Virus record (IMG/VR): IMGVR_UViG_3300011115_000708
Span: 17,029-81,028 of that record
Length of the DNA stretch: 64,000 bases
Direction: 5' to 3' (one strand)
Source of the DNA: a virus
Shown: one piece after another, positions 40,059-49,423 of the stretch
How the letters are laid out: the number at the start of each line of letters is the position of its first letter
Numbering within the stretch: the stretch's first letter is position 1
Program-made: the position numbers and the translations under genes
The notes under the pieces: model-generated
What the model was told of the DNA's origin: nothing
The model's database searches: none
What the model saw: the letters and a program-made list of their open reading frames with translations, nothing else

Positions 40059-40994
40059 TTAGGCGAATGTCTCGGTATCGGAGATCGAGTCCGTGACGAT
40101 GATTGGAATTCCGAACGACTCAGTTGCAAGACCATTGAGAAGACCACCGAAGGACTCTTGCTTGGTGTTGGGAGTAGTGGAACGACTGATTGACAACTGG
40201 AATGCCGAGCGACGACTCATCAAGAAGTGAGTAGGCTTGACACCAACTGGGAACTGACGAAGCAGATCGAGCAACTTGGCATCGGTGCAGGTTGTTCCAG
40301 TAGCAGTACCAAGGTTCTTGATACGACCGACAGCATACTTGTTGGCGCACTGAAGACCAACCCATGCGGTAAGGTCAGCAATGTAAGCAGCGAAGCGTTT
40401 GCCATTTCCATCAGATGCGTCACCTTCGCGGAATGCGCTCAGATCGATGGTCGTGTTCTGACCATAGACGTATTGCACACCTTGCGAACCAGCAGCGATT
40501 GCGTATACAGACGAGCAAGCACTACCGGAACCTTGTGTTCCATCAACAACAACACTACCAAGAGTGCTGACGAGTGCTTGAAGACCAGGGAATCCTTTTC
40601 CGTCTTGTGACGTTCCGTAGATGGTTTGTTGACCGACTTTGTACAGGGCTTCAGCCATGACACCGCGTGCTTCAAGTGCTTGATAAGCAACTGCACCGTC
40701 GATATAGGCGTTTGCAGCAGCCTTATCACACTCAACGCGAGCGGACAGGAGGAATGCTTCGATCGTGCGTTCGGTGAACTGCGATTTCACTGCGTCCGTT
40801 CCTTCGTTCAAGGCGCGGAAAGCAACCGTAGGACGACCGGTACGAGCGGAGATCTTGTAGGATGTACCAGGAATGGTACGAGCAGGGATGATCGTAGTTT
40901 CTGGTGCAACGGTGGCGACTTCTTCGATCAAGCCCACTGCCATATCAGCAGAGTTGAGCTTGGCGAGGTCTAATAGGGTAAGGTTATTAGCCAT
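40059..40994 (-). CDS. Major capsid protein
   Basis: LTLLDLAK, FRALNEG, GFPGL, FGIPIIVTDSI..TE. Confidence 0.85.
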   Translation of the reverse strand: MANNLTLLDLAKLNSADMAVGLIEEVATVAPETTIIPARTIPGTSYKISARTGRPTVAFRALNEGTDAVKSQFTERTIEAFLLSARVECDKAAANAYIDGAVAYQALEARGVMAEALYKVGQQTIYGTSQDGKGFPGLQALVSTLGSVVVDGTQGSGSACSSVYAIAAGSQGVQYVYGQNTTIDLSAFREGDASDGNGKRFAAYIADLTAWVGLQCANKYAVGRIKNLGTATGTTCTDAKLLDLLRQFPVGVKPTHFLMSRRSAFQLSISRSTTPNTKQESFGGLLNGLATESFGIPIIVTDSISDTETFA

Positions 40995-41006
40995 TGGTGT
41001 TGTGTA

Positions 41007-41972
41007 TTAGGATTGAGATTGTGCGCGGATCGCTGCTTCAACGCGAGCGAGACCGGTGAGTTGTGGTGCATCCTCGGTACGACCAGCGAGGATCGTGTTG
41101 CCCGAGAGAGCATCTTTGCCTGGAAGTGAAGCAAGCACTTTGATTGCCTTCTCGTCAGCAAGGATCGAGTTAAGCCAGAATGACTTGGCATCTTCGTCTT
41201 GTGGAGCGATGCGACCAGCAAGAATAGCTTCTTCGATCGCGTGTTCAGCAGATGCTGATGCTTTCGACGAGAGTTGCTTCTTGAGAGCAGCGTTCTCTTC
41301 TTCGAGTGCCATGAACTTGTCCTTCAAGGTGGTGTAGTCATTGCTTGCAGCAACTGATGCTGCCTCGACGGTTTCGGCATTGAGAGCAACTTCGCGGAGA
41401 TTGGCGAGTGCTGCTTTCGCGGTTTCCAAGGCAGTTTCTGGCGATTCACTCGCTTCGACAAGCCCCAGTTCGACTAGGTGGTTGATATCCATAATTAGTT
41501 CTGTGTGTGATGCGGCGATGCGCGGGATTTCTTCAAACGCTGGATCATTGACCAACGAGCCAATCTCACCGCGAGGTGGGAGACCAGATGGAACACCAGT
41601 ATCTGAAAGCAGAAAAGTCGGGGAGAAGTACGAGTAGTCTTTGCCTTCGATCGCCTTGCGACCGGCTTCCGTCCATTCGACATCGAGGACAAGACCTACC
41701 CCAGACTCGTAGCGAAATTCTTTAGGAATGAATGAAGCTGGGCCTTGCTTGTGATCGAATCCGGCGAATGGACGGACATTGGATTCAAACCTCTTGCCAA
41801 GATCTTCAGCGAAGGATGCAGCGATGCGCTCATCGATCTGAACGTCAACACGCTTAGGCTTGCCTCCAACAGTAGCGGAGATTGAGTGATGACCTTCTGG
41901 AAGATATACGATAGTTCCTTCTGACGTGGAAATGTCAGATTGGAATGCTGCTTGCGTAATTGATCCACTCAT
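41007..41972 (-). CDS. Mu gpI-like protease/scaffold
   Basis: FDH, VEWT..G..AI....Y.YFSP.F, LVNDPA; coiled-coil scaffold; AI.AGRI.P. Confidence 0.85.
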   Translation of the reverse strand: MSGSITQAAFQSDISTSEGTIVYLPEGHHSISATVGGKPKRVDVQIDERIAASFAEDLGKRFESNVRPFAGFDHKQGPASFIPKEFRYESGVGLVLDVEWTEAGRKAIEGKDYSYFSPTFLLSDTGVPSGLPPRGEIGSLVNDPAFEEIPRIAASHTELIMDINHLVELGLVEASESPETALETAKAALANLREVALNAETVEAASVAASNDYTTLKDKFMALEEENAALKKQLSSKASASAEHAIEEAILAGRIAPQDEDAKSFWLNSILADEKAIKVLASLPGKDALSGNTILAGRTEDAPQLTGLARVEAAIRAQSQS

Positions 41973-42015
41973 CGGGTCTTCATTACCACATAACTTGGAA
42001 AAACCCAAATGGAAC

Positions 42016-42636
42016 TTACTGAAGATTGGAGAGGATGTGATCAACTGCTGAATCGATGAAGATATTGACATAGGTTTCTTCTGGTGGGAGTGCTGTGGGC
42101 CAAGGCTTTTGATTGACTGACTTCCTTAGCGAGTAGATCGGTGTGATTCCACCTTGCTCATCCTTGCGAGCAAGAACTCCCTTGGCAGCGAATAGTGGTG
42201 CGATCGATCGTGAGTAGTCTTTTGCGAGTACTCCATGAGCAGTTGGATGGATTGGGATCGTGAGGAACTTCTTGCGCTTTGCAGTGATCACTCCACCAGT
42301 CACTTTGTGAGCAAATCCAGTAGTGCTATTCGATATTGTTGCTGTTTGGCTAGTGACTCTTCCTACGTTCCATCCAGACTCAACTAGCTTCCACCAGTCT
42401 GTCAGCTTGCGTCCTGGTCCATGAGTCGGCAACGATGTGTTGAGCCATGTGGCTCTACCTGCCGTCGTGTAGTATCCCTTGATCGCGATCAATGCGGACT
42501 GCGCTCCAACCTTTAGTGCCTCTTGGCGAACAGTAGGAGACATCGCTTGAATGAGATCTGTCTTGATCTCGTCAAGTCCAGAGACGTTGATGTTGATACC
42601 AACGAACCCTTTACCGATTGTCGAGCTTGTCTGCAT
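42016..42636 (-). CDS. Virion morphogenesis / neck protein (Mu gpG-like)
   Basis: AH..GGVITAK..KFLTIP...LRKSV..PWP. Confidence 0.65.
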   Translation of the reverse strand: MQTSSTIGKGFVGININVSGLDEIKTDLIQAMSPTVRQEALKVGAQSALIAIKGYYTTAGRATWLNTSLPTHGPGRKLTDWWKLVESGWNVGRVTSQTATISNSTTGFAHKVTGGVITAKRKKFLTIPIHPTAHGVLAKDYSRSIAPLFAAKGVLARKDEQGGITPIYSLRKSVNQKPWPTALPPEETYVNIFIDSAVDHILSNLQ

Positions 42637-42869
42637 TATTGATCGAGACCGGCGATGATCGAGTTTGCGATTTCGTTCTCAAGCGCATCAGTCAGTGCCT
42701 TGGTATCCAACTGACCGAATAGTTGTGGGATCTTCTCAACCACTGACTCAACCTCCTTGTAGAACGCACCAACCGTCATCCGCTCGCTCTTGTCGAGCAA
42801 GTCGGCAATGATTGAATCGATTGGATTCAACCATGCACTTGCCACATCGAGTATCTCTTGGTCATTCAT
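42636..42869 (-). CDS. Small protein resembling the C-terminal tail of Mu gp29 portals
   Basis: AWLNPI..LL...LFGQLD..AL.DALE pattern; overlaps the portal stop. Confidence 0.5.
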   Translation of the reverse strand: MNDQEILDVASAWLNPIDSIIADLLDKSERMTVGAFYKEVESVVEKIPQLFGQLDTKALTDALENEIANSIIAGLDQ

Positions 42870-44547
42870 TGCGTTGAGCATTTAGGATCTTCTTCGCCCA
42901 TGCGAATCCTTCATCACCACCCCATCCGTTCCATGCTTGCCATCCTTTGCCCTTCTCGTCCCATGTCGATCCCTGCTTATCCACTTCGTGACGAGCGAAG
43001 AACGATAGCATCCGCTTGACCGTGTCGGTAGATAGCTCGACGCGGTTGGAGATGTCCCTTGCGCGAGCGAGACCAACGCCGGTCATACCACGCTCACTCA
43101 TCGGCTTGATCCTGCGGATCTCAAGTGCCTTGCGGGCGTTCTCAGCCATTGCCTCAGTTGGTTGAAAGCCTGTGGCAGCACTCTCAACTTGCATTGTCAA
43201 TGGGTCGATGCCTGGATCTGATGGTGGCAGATCAAGTGGAACTCCAAGATCCGTTGGAGATGGCATCGGTGATGCAACTGGTGGAATATCTCCTGTGAAC
43301 AATGGTTCGCCTGGGATCGGCTCGGGAATACCTAGTTCCTCGTAGACATACTTCAATGTCATCGGCACACCGATCTCCTTGTAGATCTTCATCCGTTCTG
43401 CGATCGCCTTTTGATCCTTCGCGTGTGGGATCTCCAAGCAGCAGTACGGCATATCCTCGGCAGATACTTCGCCAAAGTTCATGCGGACAATCGCTGGGAT
43501 CAACTGGCTGTTGATGATCGATGCAACCCACTCGGATACCATCTTCAAGACATCTGCGCGAATGCCAGCGTGGACATCACCCAATGCTCTAGATCCTGTA
43601 TTCGTATTGTCAGTCGTGAGCGTTTGGCCGAGGAGCAAGATGTCGCAAGCCTTGTCAGCAACATCCATCAAGTGCGACTGCGGCAAGTTCGATGCGTCTC
43701 CATTGGCTGCTGAGTGGATCTCGTACTCCACTCCTGGCCCAAACGCTGCCCAACCGCTTGAGCCGATCGACTCCAGCATCTCCTGTGCCTTGTTGAGTGC
43801 GTCCTCAGTGCCGTCGGTCTTCGCGGTACGCGTTGGAATACCGAACAACTGAGCATACTGCATCAACCATCCGAGACCATAGACTGCTCCGAGCCAATGC
43901 TTCGTGAGCGTCCGTAAGTTTGCAGCATGGATCGGGTGTGTGCCACCTTGACTCCAGACACCGATCAAGAAGCGATCAAGTGGAAAGTCCTCAAGCGTTG
44001 AGTAGTTGACACCGAGTGGAGCGATCATCAGACGATCGATCTCCATGTTCATCGATGGGTAGGCCAAGTATTTCGCTGGAACCGGCGCATAGCATCGAGG
44101 TGACACAATCCCATTCTCGATCTTCCAGATGATCTCAAGCACCGAGATGCCCTTGGCATATGCGTCGATCAGTGCCTTGACCATGCCCGAGTTGTCGAGT
44201 TCCCAGTATCCTGGGCGCGGCGCGAATGACTCCATCGCACGTTCGACTGTCTCGTAGATCAAGAGTGCTTGTGGAGTTGCCTCCTCCATGCCTTCGCGGA
44301 TGCCTGGCTTGATCTCGATCTCAAGTCGTGCAACAGCACCGGAAATCTCATTGAGTGCCTTGCGAAGTCTAGGCCAAGTATCTAGCATCAAGCGGAATAG
44401 ACGGTCTTGGTCTTCCAGTTTGCCTGTGCGAACATTACGCAGAATTGCGCGGATCTGATCTGGCGTTACGTTCGCCAAATCATAGTCGTTTGTCCTATAG
44501 TTTACTGGAATAGGCCAAACTACACCCTTACGCTCATCCTTGGTCAT
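42862..44547 (-). CDS. Portal protein (Mu gp29/DUF935-like) with extra C-terminal domain
   Basis: W..YAQLFGIP, LLGQTLTT...GSRALGDVH...R, LIP..V.MNFG. Confidence 0.9.
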   Translation of the reverse strand: MTKDERKGVVWPIPVNYRTNDYDLANVTPDQIRAILRNVRTGKLEDQDRLFRLMLDTWPRLRKALNEISGAVARLEIEIKPGIREGMEEATPQALLIYETVERAMESFAPRPGYWELDNSGMVKALIDAYAKGISVLEIIWKIENGIVSPRCYAPVPAKYLAYPSMNMEIDRLMIAPLGVNYSTLEDFPLDRFLIGVWSQGGTHPIHAANLRTLTKHWLGAVYGLGWLMQYAQLFGIPTRTAKTDGTEDALNKAQEMLESIGSSGWAAFGPGVEYEIHSAANGDASNLPQSHLMDVADKACDILLLGQTLTTDNTNTGSRALGDVHAGIRADVLKMVSEWVASIINSQLIPAIVRMNFGEVSAEDMPYCCLEIPHAKDQKAIAERMKIYKEIGVPMTLKYVYEELGIPEPIPGEPLFTGDIPPVASPMPSPTDLGVPLDLPPSDPGIDPLTMQVESAATGFQPTEAMAENARKALEIRRIKPMSERGMTGVGLARARDISNRVELSTDTVKRMLSFFARHEVDKQGSTWDEKGKGWQAWNGWGGDEGFAWAKKILNAQRNE

Positions 44548-44592
44548 TGGAACGCTTTACACTAATTGATTGAAGTTGTCACGCATAACGCT

Positions 44593-45957
44593 TCAGAACT
44601 TGTTGAACCCACCGACGATCGGTGCTGTGAACGGAGTGCGACCAACCCTAGTGATAGCTTGGCCGGTGATAGCTCCGTTCATCTCTGGGCCACAGACGAT
44701 GCACCCGAGAAGTGCGTCAGCACGGTCGGGTGACTTGAGTCCCATGATGCGCATCGTCTCCTTCGCTTGTACACGCAACTTGCCATTCTCACTCCACTCG
44801 GTCTTCCGCGTGGTCAACTGGTTGAATGTGATCGGATCAAGGTTGCCGAGGTTCACTCGTCCTCGCTCGATCTCACGACATCCAACGTGCCAGACCTCAC
44901 CAATCAAGTTCGCGTACTCGTTCGGTTCACGACTTCTCGATCCTCCATGAAACCGATTGATCCTCCACCCTTGCTCTGCCATCGCATCTATCATCACTGA
45001 GCCGAGACCATCGGCATCACCCCAGATCATCGATGGTTTCAGTTGTTCCTTCTCGAATAGCTTGATGAACTGACGAACGCCCTGCATCGTGTCTTTCTCG
45101 ACCCATGTGCGCGAGATCCGAGCCGAGTTACCTCTTCGGACTGCAAGCACGTTCTCGTCTCGACCGGCAGCGAAGTCACAGAACGCAACGATGTGACCAT
45201 CGAGCGGTTCGGGTTGCTCGTCGATCGCCTTGAGAAGCCTATCACTTGATATCAGAAGTCGGTCGATGTCCTCCGCAAACTCAGCTAAGTGCATCGACCT
45301 GTAGATCGGATGGTTCTCACCATAGATCGACAAGTCTCGATCACGTTTCTCCTGCGGAATGTGAGCGCACTGGTCAGACCGAACCTTCACCCGCTTCCAG
45401 TGCGATGCTTCTTCAAACTGCGACCTATAGAACCAACCAACTGGTGCGCCTGGACTCGATGTCGCTAGGATGCGCGAGCAAGTACAGCGATCGACCGCGG
45501 TCTTGATGCTGTCTGGGATTGTCTTCGCCTCGTCAAGAACGTACAGCACCGGCGAGTCGGCAGTTGCGTGGTAGCCTTCCGCTCGTCCCGCGTTATCAGT
45601 CGAGAACCCGCTTGCCCATCCACCTTGCGGAGTCTTGATCTCGGCTTGGTTCCAGATCCACCCGTCGAACATCGGGTTGCCTCGGTACAATTCCATCGCG
45701 GGCCAAAGTTGCAGCAATACCTGCCTCCACGACCCAGACGTGATGACAACCCTCCCTTTCGGGTAGTTCGCAAGGAACCACAAGATCGTCGGTGCAATGA
45801 TCGCCGCAGTCTTCCCCGATCCGTTCGCAGCAACCACAGATGTCCGAACGTCGTCGTTGATATAACGGAACGCTTGCATCTGCCAATCGTATGGCTTTAG
45901 ACCGAGTACGCCAAACGCGAATGGGCCTAGCTCAATAGTCGGTTTCGGTAGTTGCAT
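44593..45957 (-). CDS. terL: Terminase large subunit
   Basis: AANGSGKT, VLDEAK, SSPG, CDFAAG.DEN, SPDRADAL. Confidence 0.9.
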   Translation of the reverse strand: MQLPKPTIELGPFAFGVLGLKPYDWQMQAFRYINDDVRTSVVAANGSGKTAAIIAPTILWFLANYPKGRVVITSGSWRQVLLQLWPAMELYRGNPMFDGWIWNQAEIKTPQGGWASGFSTDNAGRAEGYHATADSPVLYVLDEAKTIPDSIKTAVDRCTCSRILATSSPGAPVGWFYRSQFEEASHWKRVKVRSDQCAHIPQEKRDRDLSIYGENHPIYRSMHLAEFAEDIDRLLISSDRLLKAIDEQPEPLDGHIVAFCDFAAGRDENVLAVRRGNSARISRTWVEKDTMQGVRQFIKLFEKEQLKPSMIWGDADGLGSVMIDAMAEQGWRINRFHGGSRSREPNEYANLIGEVWHVGCREIERGRVNLGNLDPITFNQLTTRKTEWSENGKLRVQAKETMRIMGLKSPDRADALLGCIVCGPEMNGAITGQAITRVGRTPFTAPIVGGFNKF

Positions 45958-46423
45958 CCCAACGCTTTCTGAAGTCTTCCAACTGCTTGTTCTCGATCTG
46001 GACGTTCTCCATCGACGACGTGTTCACGTTCACCATGATGTCTGGGTTCTTGCCAACCTCAGACCAACGCGCACGACACTTCATCCAGAAGATACACGCT
46101 GGCAATGCCGTGCGCTTGTCGTCTCCCATCGCAATGTCGTAAAGTCGTTGTGCAACCGAGGTCGTCGCCTTCGTCTGTCCCAGAAGGAACTCTTCCTTGT
46201 AGTGACGCTCGATCGTGTTGTCGTCGATGCCGATCTGCGCTGCCATCATCCGCAGTGGGATGCCGAGACCTGCCATCTTCTCGACCAACGCACTGTTGAT
46301 CTCGGTCTTGACGTGCGGCTTGAACTTACCGTCTGGAAGTCGTTCAATCTTCTTCCCATCAACCTCGGTAGCTTCTACCTCGATGATGTGTGGCTCTGGA
46401 TCTAGCTTTTTTCTCTTACTCAT
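45932..46423 (-). CDS. terS: Terminase small subunit
   Basis: HTH (MAAQIGID..TI.RHY..E), A.IFWMKCRARW; precedes TerL. Confidence 0.8.
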   Translation of the reverse strand: MSKRKKLDPEPHIIEVEATEVDGKKIERLPDGKFKPHVKTEINSALVEKMAGLGIPLRMMAAQIGIDDNTIERHYKEEFLLGQTKATTSVAQRLYDIAMGDDKRTALPACIFWMKCRARWSEVGKNPDIMVNVNTSSMENVQIENKQLEDFRKRWDATTETDY

Positions 46424-46426
46424 AGA

Positions 46427-47314
46427 TTACCTTCCCATCTTGCTACGCAGAAAGTCAAGCGACACCGATCCGTCGGCGTTCAAGACCTGCTGACCAAACC
46501 GATCAACGAGACGCTGACGTGCCTTGATCGCAATGTCGTCTGGTACGTCCTTCATCTCTGCCTTGACTCCGCTCATCATCGCTTGCGCTGGCTTTACCCC
46601 GAACATCGATACGTTCGGTGGGTTGATCCGCTGACCATCTACAATCACACCAAGACGGATTGCCTCGCGTCTTGAGATAAATTCTTGCACCATGTACGAG
46701 TTGAACCCATACGGCCCCCAAGGGACAACGAACCCACCAATATCAGCACCATTCTGGAATAACCAGAAGTTGAAGTCGTCCAACCGACGAACCTCACCCT
46801 CAGCCGCAACGTGCCTCGGACGCTTGATGATCGCACCTGGCCGCCGAACGAACCGAGCCGCAGGGAAAGCATTGAGCAGCGTAGGGTCTCCCACGATCCT
46901 CTGCCAGTTAGCGAACGTCTGCGCTTGCTCGATGTTCGTGTTGAAGATTAGCTTGAGCCGTGATGCACCGGCAATGTTCTGCAACGAGTCGTCTGGGAAG
47001 TCTTCACTCGTTGCCAGTCCCTCGCTGACCAGCAATGTCCGCGCCTTCATCCGAAAGTCCGCAAGGTTACCCACCTTGTACGCAGTGGATTGCGATCCGG
47101 TCGGACTCGTCATCTGCTCAACTGCTCCAGCTTGCCAATCCAACAACATCGATCGAAATCGAGAAAGAACGCCAGCACTCGCAACAGTAGCCGAAAAGAA
47201 CGCCTTCTGACGGATCGCTGGGGCAACAGCCTGCCAATCACGCGACGACATCTCTGACGGAAGTACCTTCTTGCTAACAAGTGCTTTGATTGCATCAATG
47301 AATTGCTGGATCAT
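46427..47314 (-). CDS. Head morphogenesis protein (Mu gpF-like)
   Basis: AFFSA.V, RLKLIFNTN..QA, RPRH, PYGFN; ATG at 47314 by ATGA coupling. Confidence 0.75.
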   Translation of the reverse strand: MIQQFIDAIKALVSKKVLPSEMSSRDWQAVAPAIRQKAFFSATVASAGVLSRFRSMLLDWQAGAVEQMTSPTGSQSTAYKVGNLADFRMKARTLLVSEGLATSEDFPDDSLQNIAGASRLKLIFNTNIEQAQTFANWQRIVGDPTLLNAFPAARFVRRPGAIIKRPRHVAAEGEVRRLDDFNFWLFQNGADIGGFVVPWGPYGFNSYMVQEFISRREAIRLGVIVDGQRINPPNVSMFGVKPAQAMMSGVKAEMKDVPDDIAIKARQRLVDRFGQQVLNADGSVSLDFLRSKMGR

Positions 47315-47592
47315 GGGTTGGACTTGATTTGCAGGTAGAGGTCGAGTGCCTCGTCGGTCTTGATCCGCATTGTTGCCAACCATGAGTAAATCGACCTCGG
47401 GGTTTTATTGAACGCCAAGGCGATGTCGTCTGGATGAATCCCGTCGTCGAACAGCACCTGCGCGATCACCGCTCTGATGACCTGCAATGTCGGGTTCACC
47501 TTGACCTGCCCCCTGTGGATCGTAGACGCAGGGATGCCTGTCGCCTCGGATGCTCGATTCAAGATTGATGCGATGTGGAGATGCAGCACCAC
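47311..47592 (-). CDS. Small HTH protein (DnaA C-terminal-like), possible late regulator
   Basis: DIALAFNKTPRSIYSW. Confidence 0.5.
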   Translation of the reverse strand: MVLHLHIASILNRASEATGIPASTIHRGQVKVNPTLQVIRAVIAQVLFDDGIHPDDIALAFNKTPRSIYSWLATMRIKTDEALDLYLQIKSNP

Positions 47593-47735
47593 AGCAGATA
47601 AGCAGATCCGGTAAGGAACATCAAGTGGTTCGGGTTGCGTGGTTGCGTGAGGAATCGGAATTTAACGCAGAATCTAACAGAAGTCCGTCAGAATTGTGCC
47701 AATTTACAGGAGGGGGGGGGTAGGGGTGCAATTTG

Positions 47736-47843
47736 CCCCCCATAAAACAAGCGGGCCCCCCCCATAAAACAAGCGGTGACCGATCGGCATGACCGCGGGA
47801 CGACCGCGGGACGACCGCGGGACGACCGCGGGACGACCGCGGA
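47736..47843. repeat. Direct repeats: 2x CCCCCATAAAACAAGCGG and ~4.7x GACCGCGGGAC
   Basis: Read directly; 11-bp units at 47791, 47802, 47813, 47824 and 47835 (partial). Confidence 0.9.
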
Positions 47844-48440
47844 GCATGGCCTAGGACGGCAGGGAAGTATGCCGGTGCATGGCAGGGTGCGCGACTCGAG
47901 ACCGACGTGGTACGGTAGACGGCAGGTGACCGCATGACGGTGATGCGATCGTTTCAAACGATCGTTTGAATTCGGGTGTGGCGAGGATGGATCGGCAGGG
48001 TAGATCGCGGGTGATCCGGCATGATTGCACCTTGCCAAGGTGAGGGGGGTGTGGGGGGTATGTTTGTCAGTCCTTGGATTTCACGGGGGCGAAACGGCAG
48101 GGAATTGCACGGGATTTCCCTTATTTATATTACTTTGAAATTCTGTCATAGAAAACAAGCCTCCGGAGCCTCCGGTGAATATTTAAAGTGGGAAACAAGC
48201 CCCCCGCCCCCTCCGGACGCAAAGCGTACGCTTTCCCGTCCGTTTATAGCCTCCCCTAGGTTGTCCACATGGGGCGTGAAGACGGATCGGATTGCGCCAA
48301 GTAAACCCTACCCTTTCCCACTACGGCTCCCATTGCCACCCACCTCACCCACCCCACCCTCGCCACATTGACGCACAAAGGGTGCGCAGGAATTACCCCA
48401 CGCACCCTTATCTACCCTACCCTCGCCCTTACCCCTACTC

Positions 48441-48689
48441 CTACTCAATCGGACGCAATGCCCCGAGATGATCCATGCACATGATACGTGCAGGTGCGTC
48501 TGCGTGCCATGCATTGACTTGCACCCTCACCTCGGCCCCGAGGCGCGCTAACGCAACTAGCTCGCCATAGGTTGCGGATGTGTTGCCGGTTATCATTCGC
48601 CATGCCTCGGCCGCGTGATCGTGCTGGTCTGAGATCCGATAGCGGTCAGCACGGGCGGGGCGCACCCATAGCGGGGGAGTTGCACTCAT
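48441..48689 (-). CDS. Early hypothetical protein
   Basis: GGAGGTG RBS and ATGA coupling. Confidence 0.55.
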   Translation of the reverse strand: MSATPPLWVRPARADRYRISDQHDHAAEAWRMITGNTSATYGELVALARLGAEVRVQVNAWHADAPARIMCMDHLGALRPIE

Positions 48690-48937
48690 GAGGCCACCTC
48701 CAATCCTGCAATTAGCTTTGCCCCTGCAATTACCCCTACCCTAGGAGCGCCCGCGTCAATCAAAGCAAGTGCAACGATCTTGCCAAGCGTGCCATCACCC
48801 TTGGCAAGGTACGTGATCACCTCCCCCCACTTTGCGTAGTTGTCTCGGGTTGCCTCAGGACGTGTCTTGATGGATTGCACCAAGGGTGCTAGCTCGTGAG
48901 CAAGGCTTTCAACCGTGCGCTGAAAAACCGCGTTCAT
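48686..48937 (-). CDS. Early hypothetical protein
   Basis: GGAGGTG RBS and ATGA coupling. Confidence 0.6.
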   Translation of the reverse strand: MNAVFQRTVESLAHELAPLVQSIKTRPEATRDNYAKWGEVITYLAKGDGTLGKIVALALIDAGAPRVGVIAGAKLIAGLEVAS

Positions 48938-49149
48938 GCGACCACCTCCCCAACCCTTGTGAATGAGATTGAAAGCAGATCGTCACCGCTTGGCATTAAA
49001 GGCTTTTCCGGAACTGATTTAAAGCCTAGCACCGCGTAATATTGAATGAAGAAGTTGGCAAGTGCTTCTTTCCTGTCATCACCGATGCCGGACGTTTCTA
49101 CAATCGTTTGATCGTGCCAATATCCAATTGTAAGCTTCCATTTTTTCAT
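48934..49149 (-). CDS. Early hypothetical protein
   Basis: GGAGGTG RBS and ATGA coupling. Confidence 0.6.
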   Translation of the reverse strand: MKKWKLTIGYWHDQTIVETSGIGDDRKEALANFFIQYYAVLGFKSVPEKPLMPSGDDLLSISFTRVGEVVA

Positions 49150-49367
49150 GCGACCACCTCCACTTGTTCGATCGTTTCGCGGAAAACCGTTCTTTTGTAC
49201 ACTCGCCAAGCGGGAATGTTATCAGCATTTCCACTTTGCTTTGCTATTTTTAACGCGCACGCCCGCGCACGTTTCCATGCCGTTTCGAGGGTGCGTGCTT
49301 TTCCGTAACCTTTGCCCCACGCGTTACCTGCGGTTGCCCACTCATAAGTGATTTCAATCGTTTTCAT
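49146..49367 (-). CDS. Early hypothetical protein
   Basis: (AAC)n leader then ATG at 49367. Confidence 0.55.
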   Translation of the reverse strand: MKTIEITYEWATAGNAWGKGYGKARTLETAWKRARACALKIAKQSGNADNIPAWRVYKRTVFRETIEQVEVVA

Positions 49368-49423
49368 GTCTATTTTTCGTTGTTCGTTGTTCGTTGTTGT
49401 TGTTGTTGTTTTACCAAATGATT

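Noticed and set aside
47791-47843. Tandem repeats here and at 50748-50789 as mini-CRISPR arrays
   Set aside because: Head-to-tail 11- and 7-bp units with no spacers.
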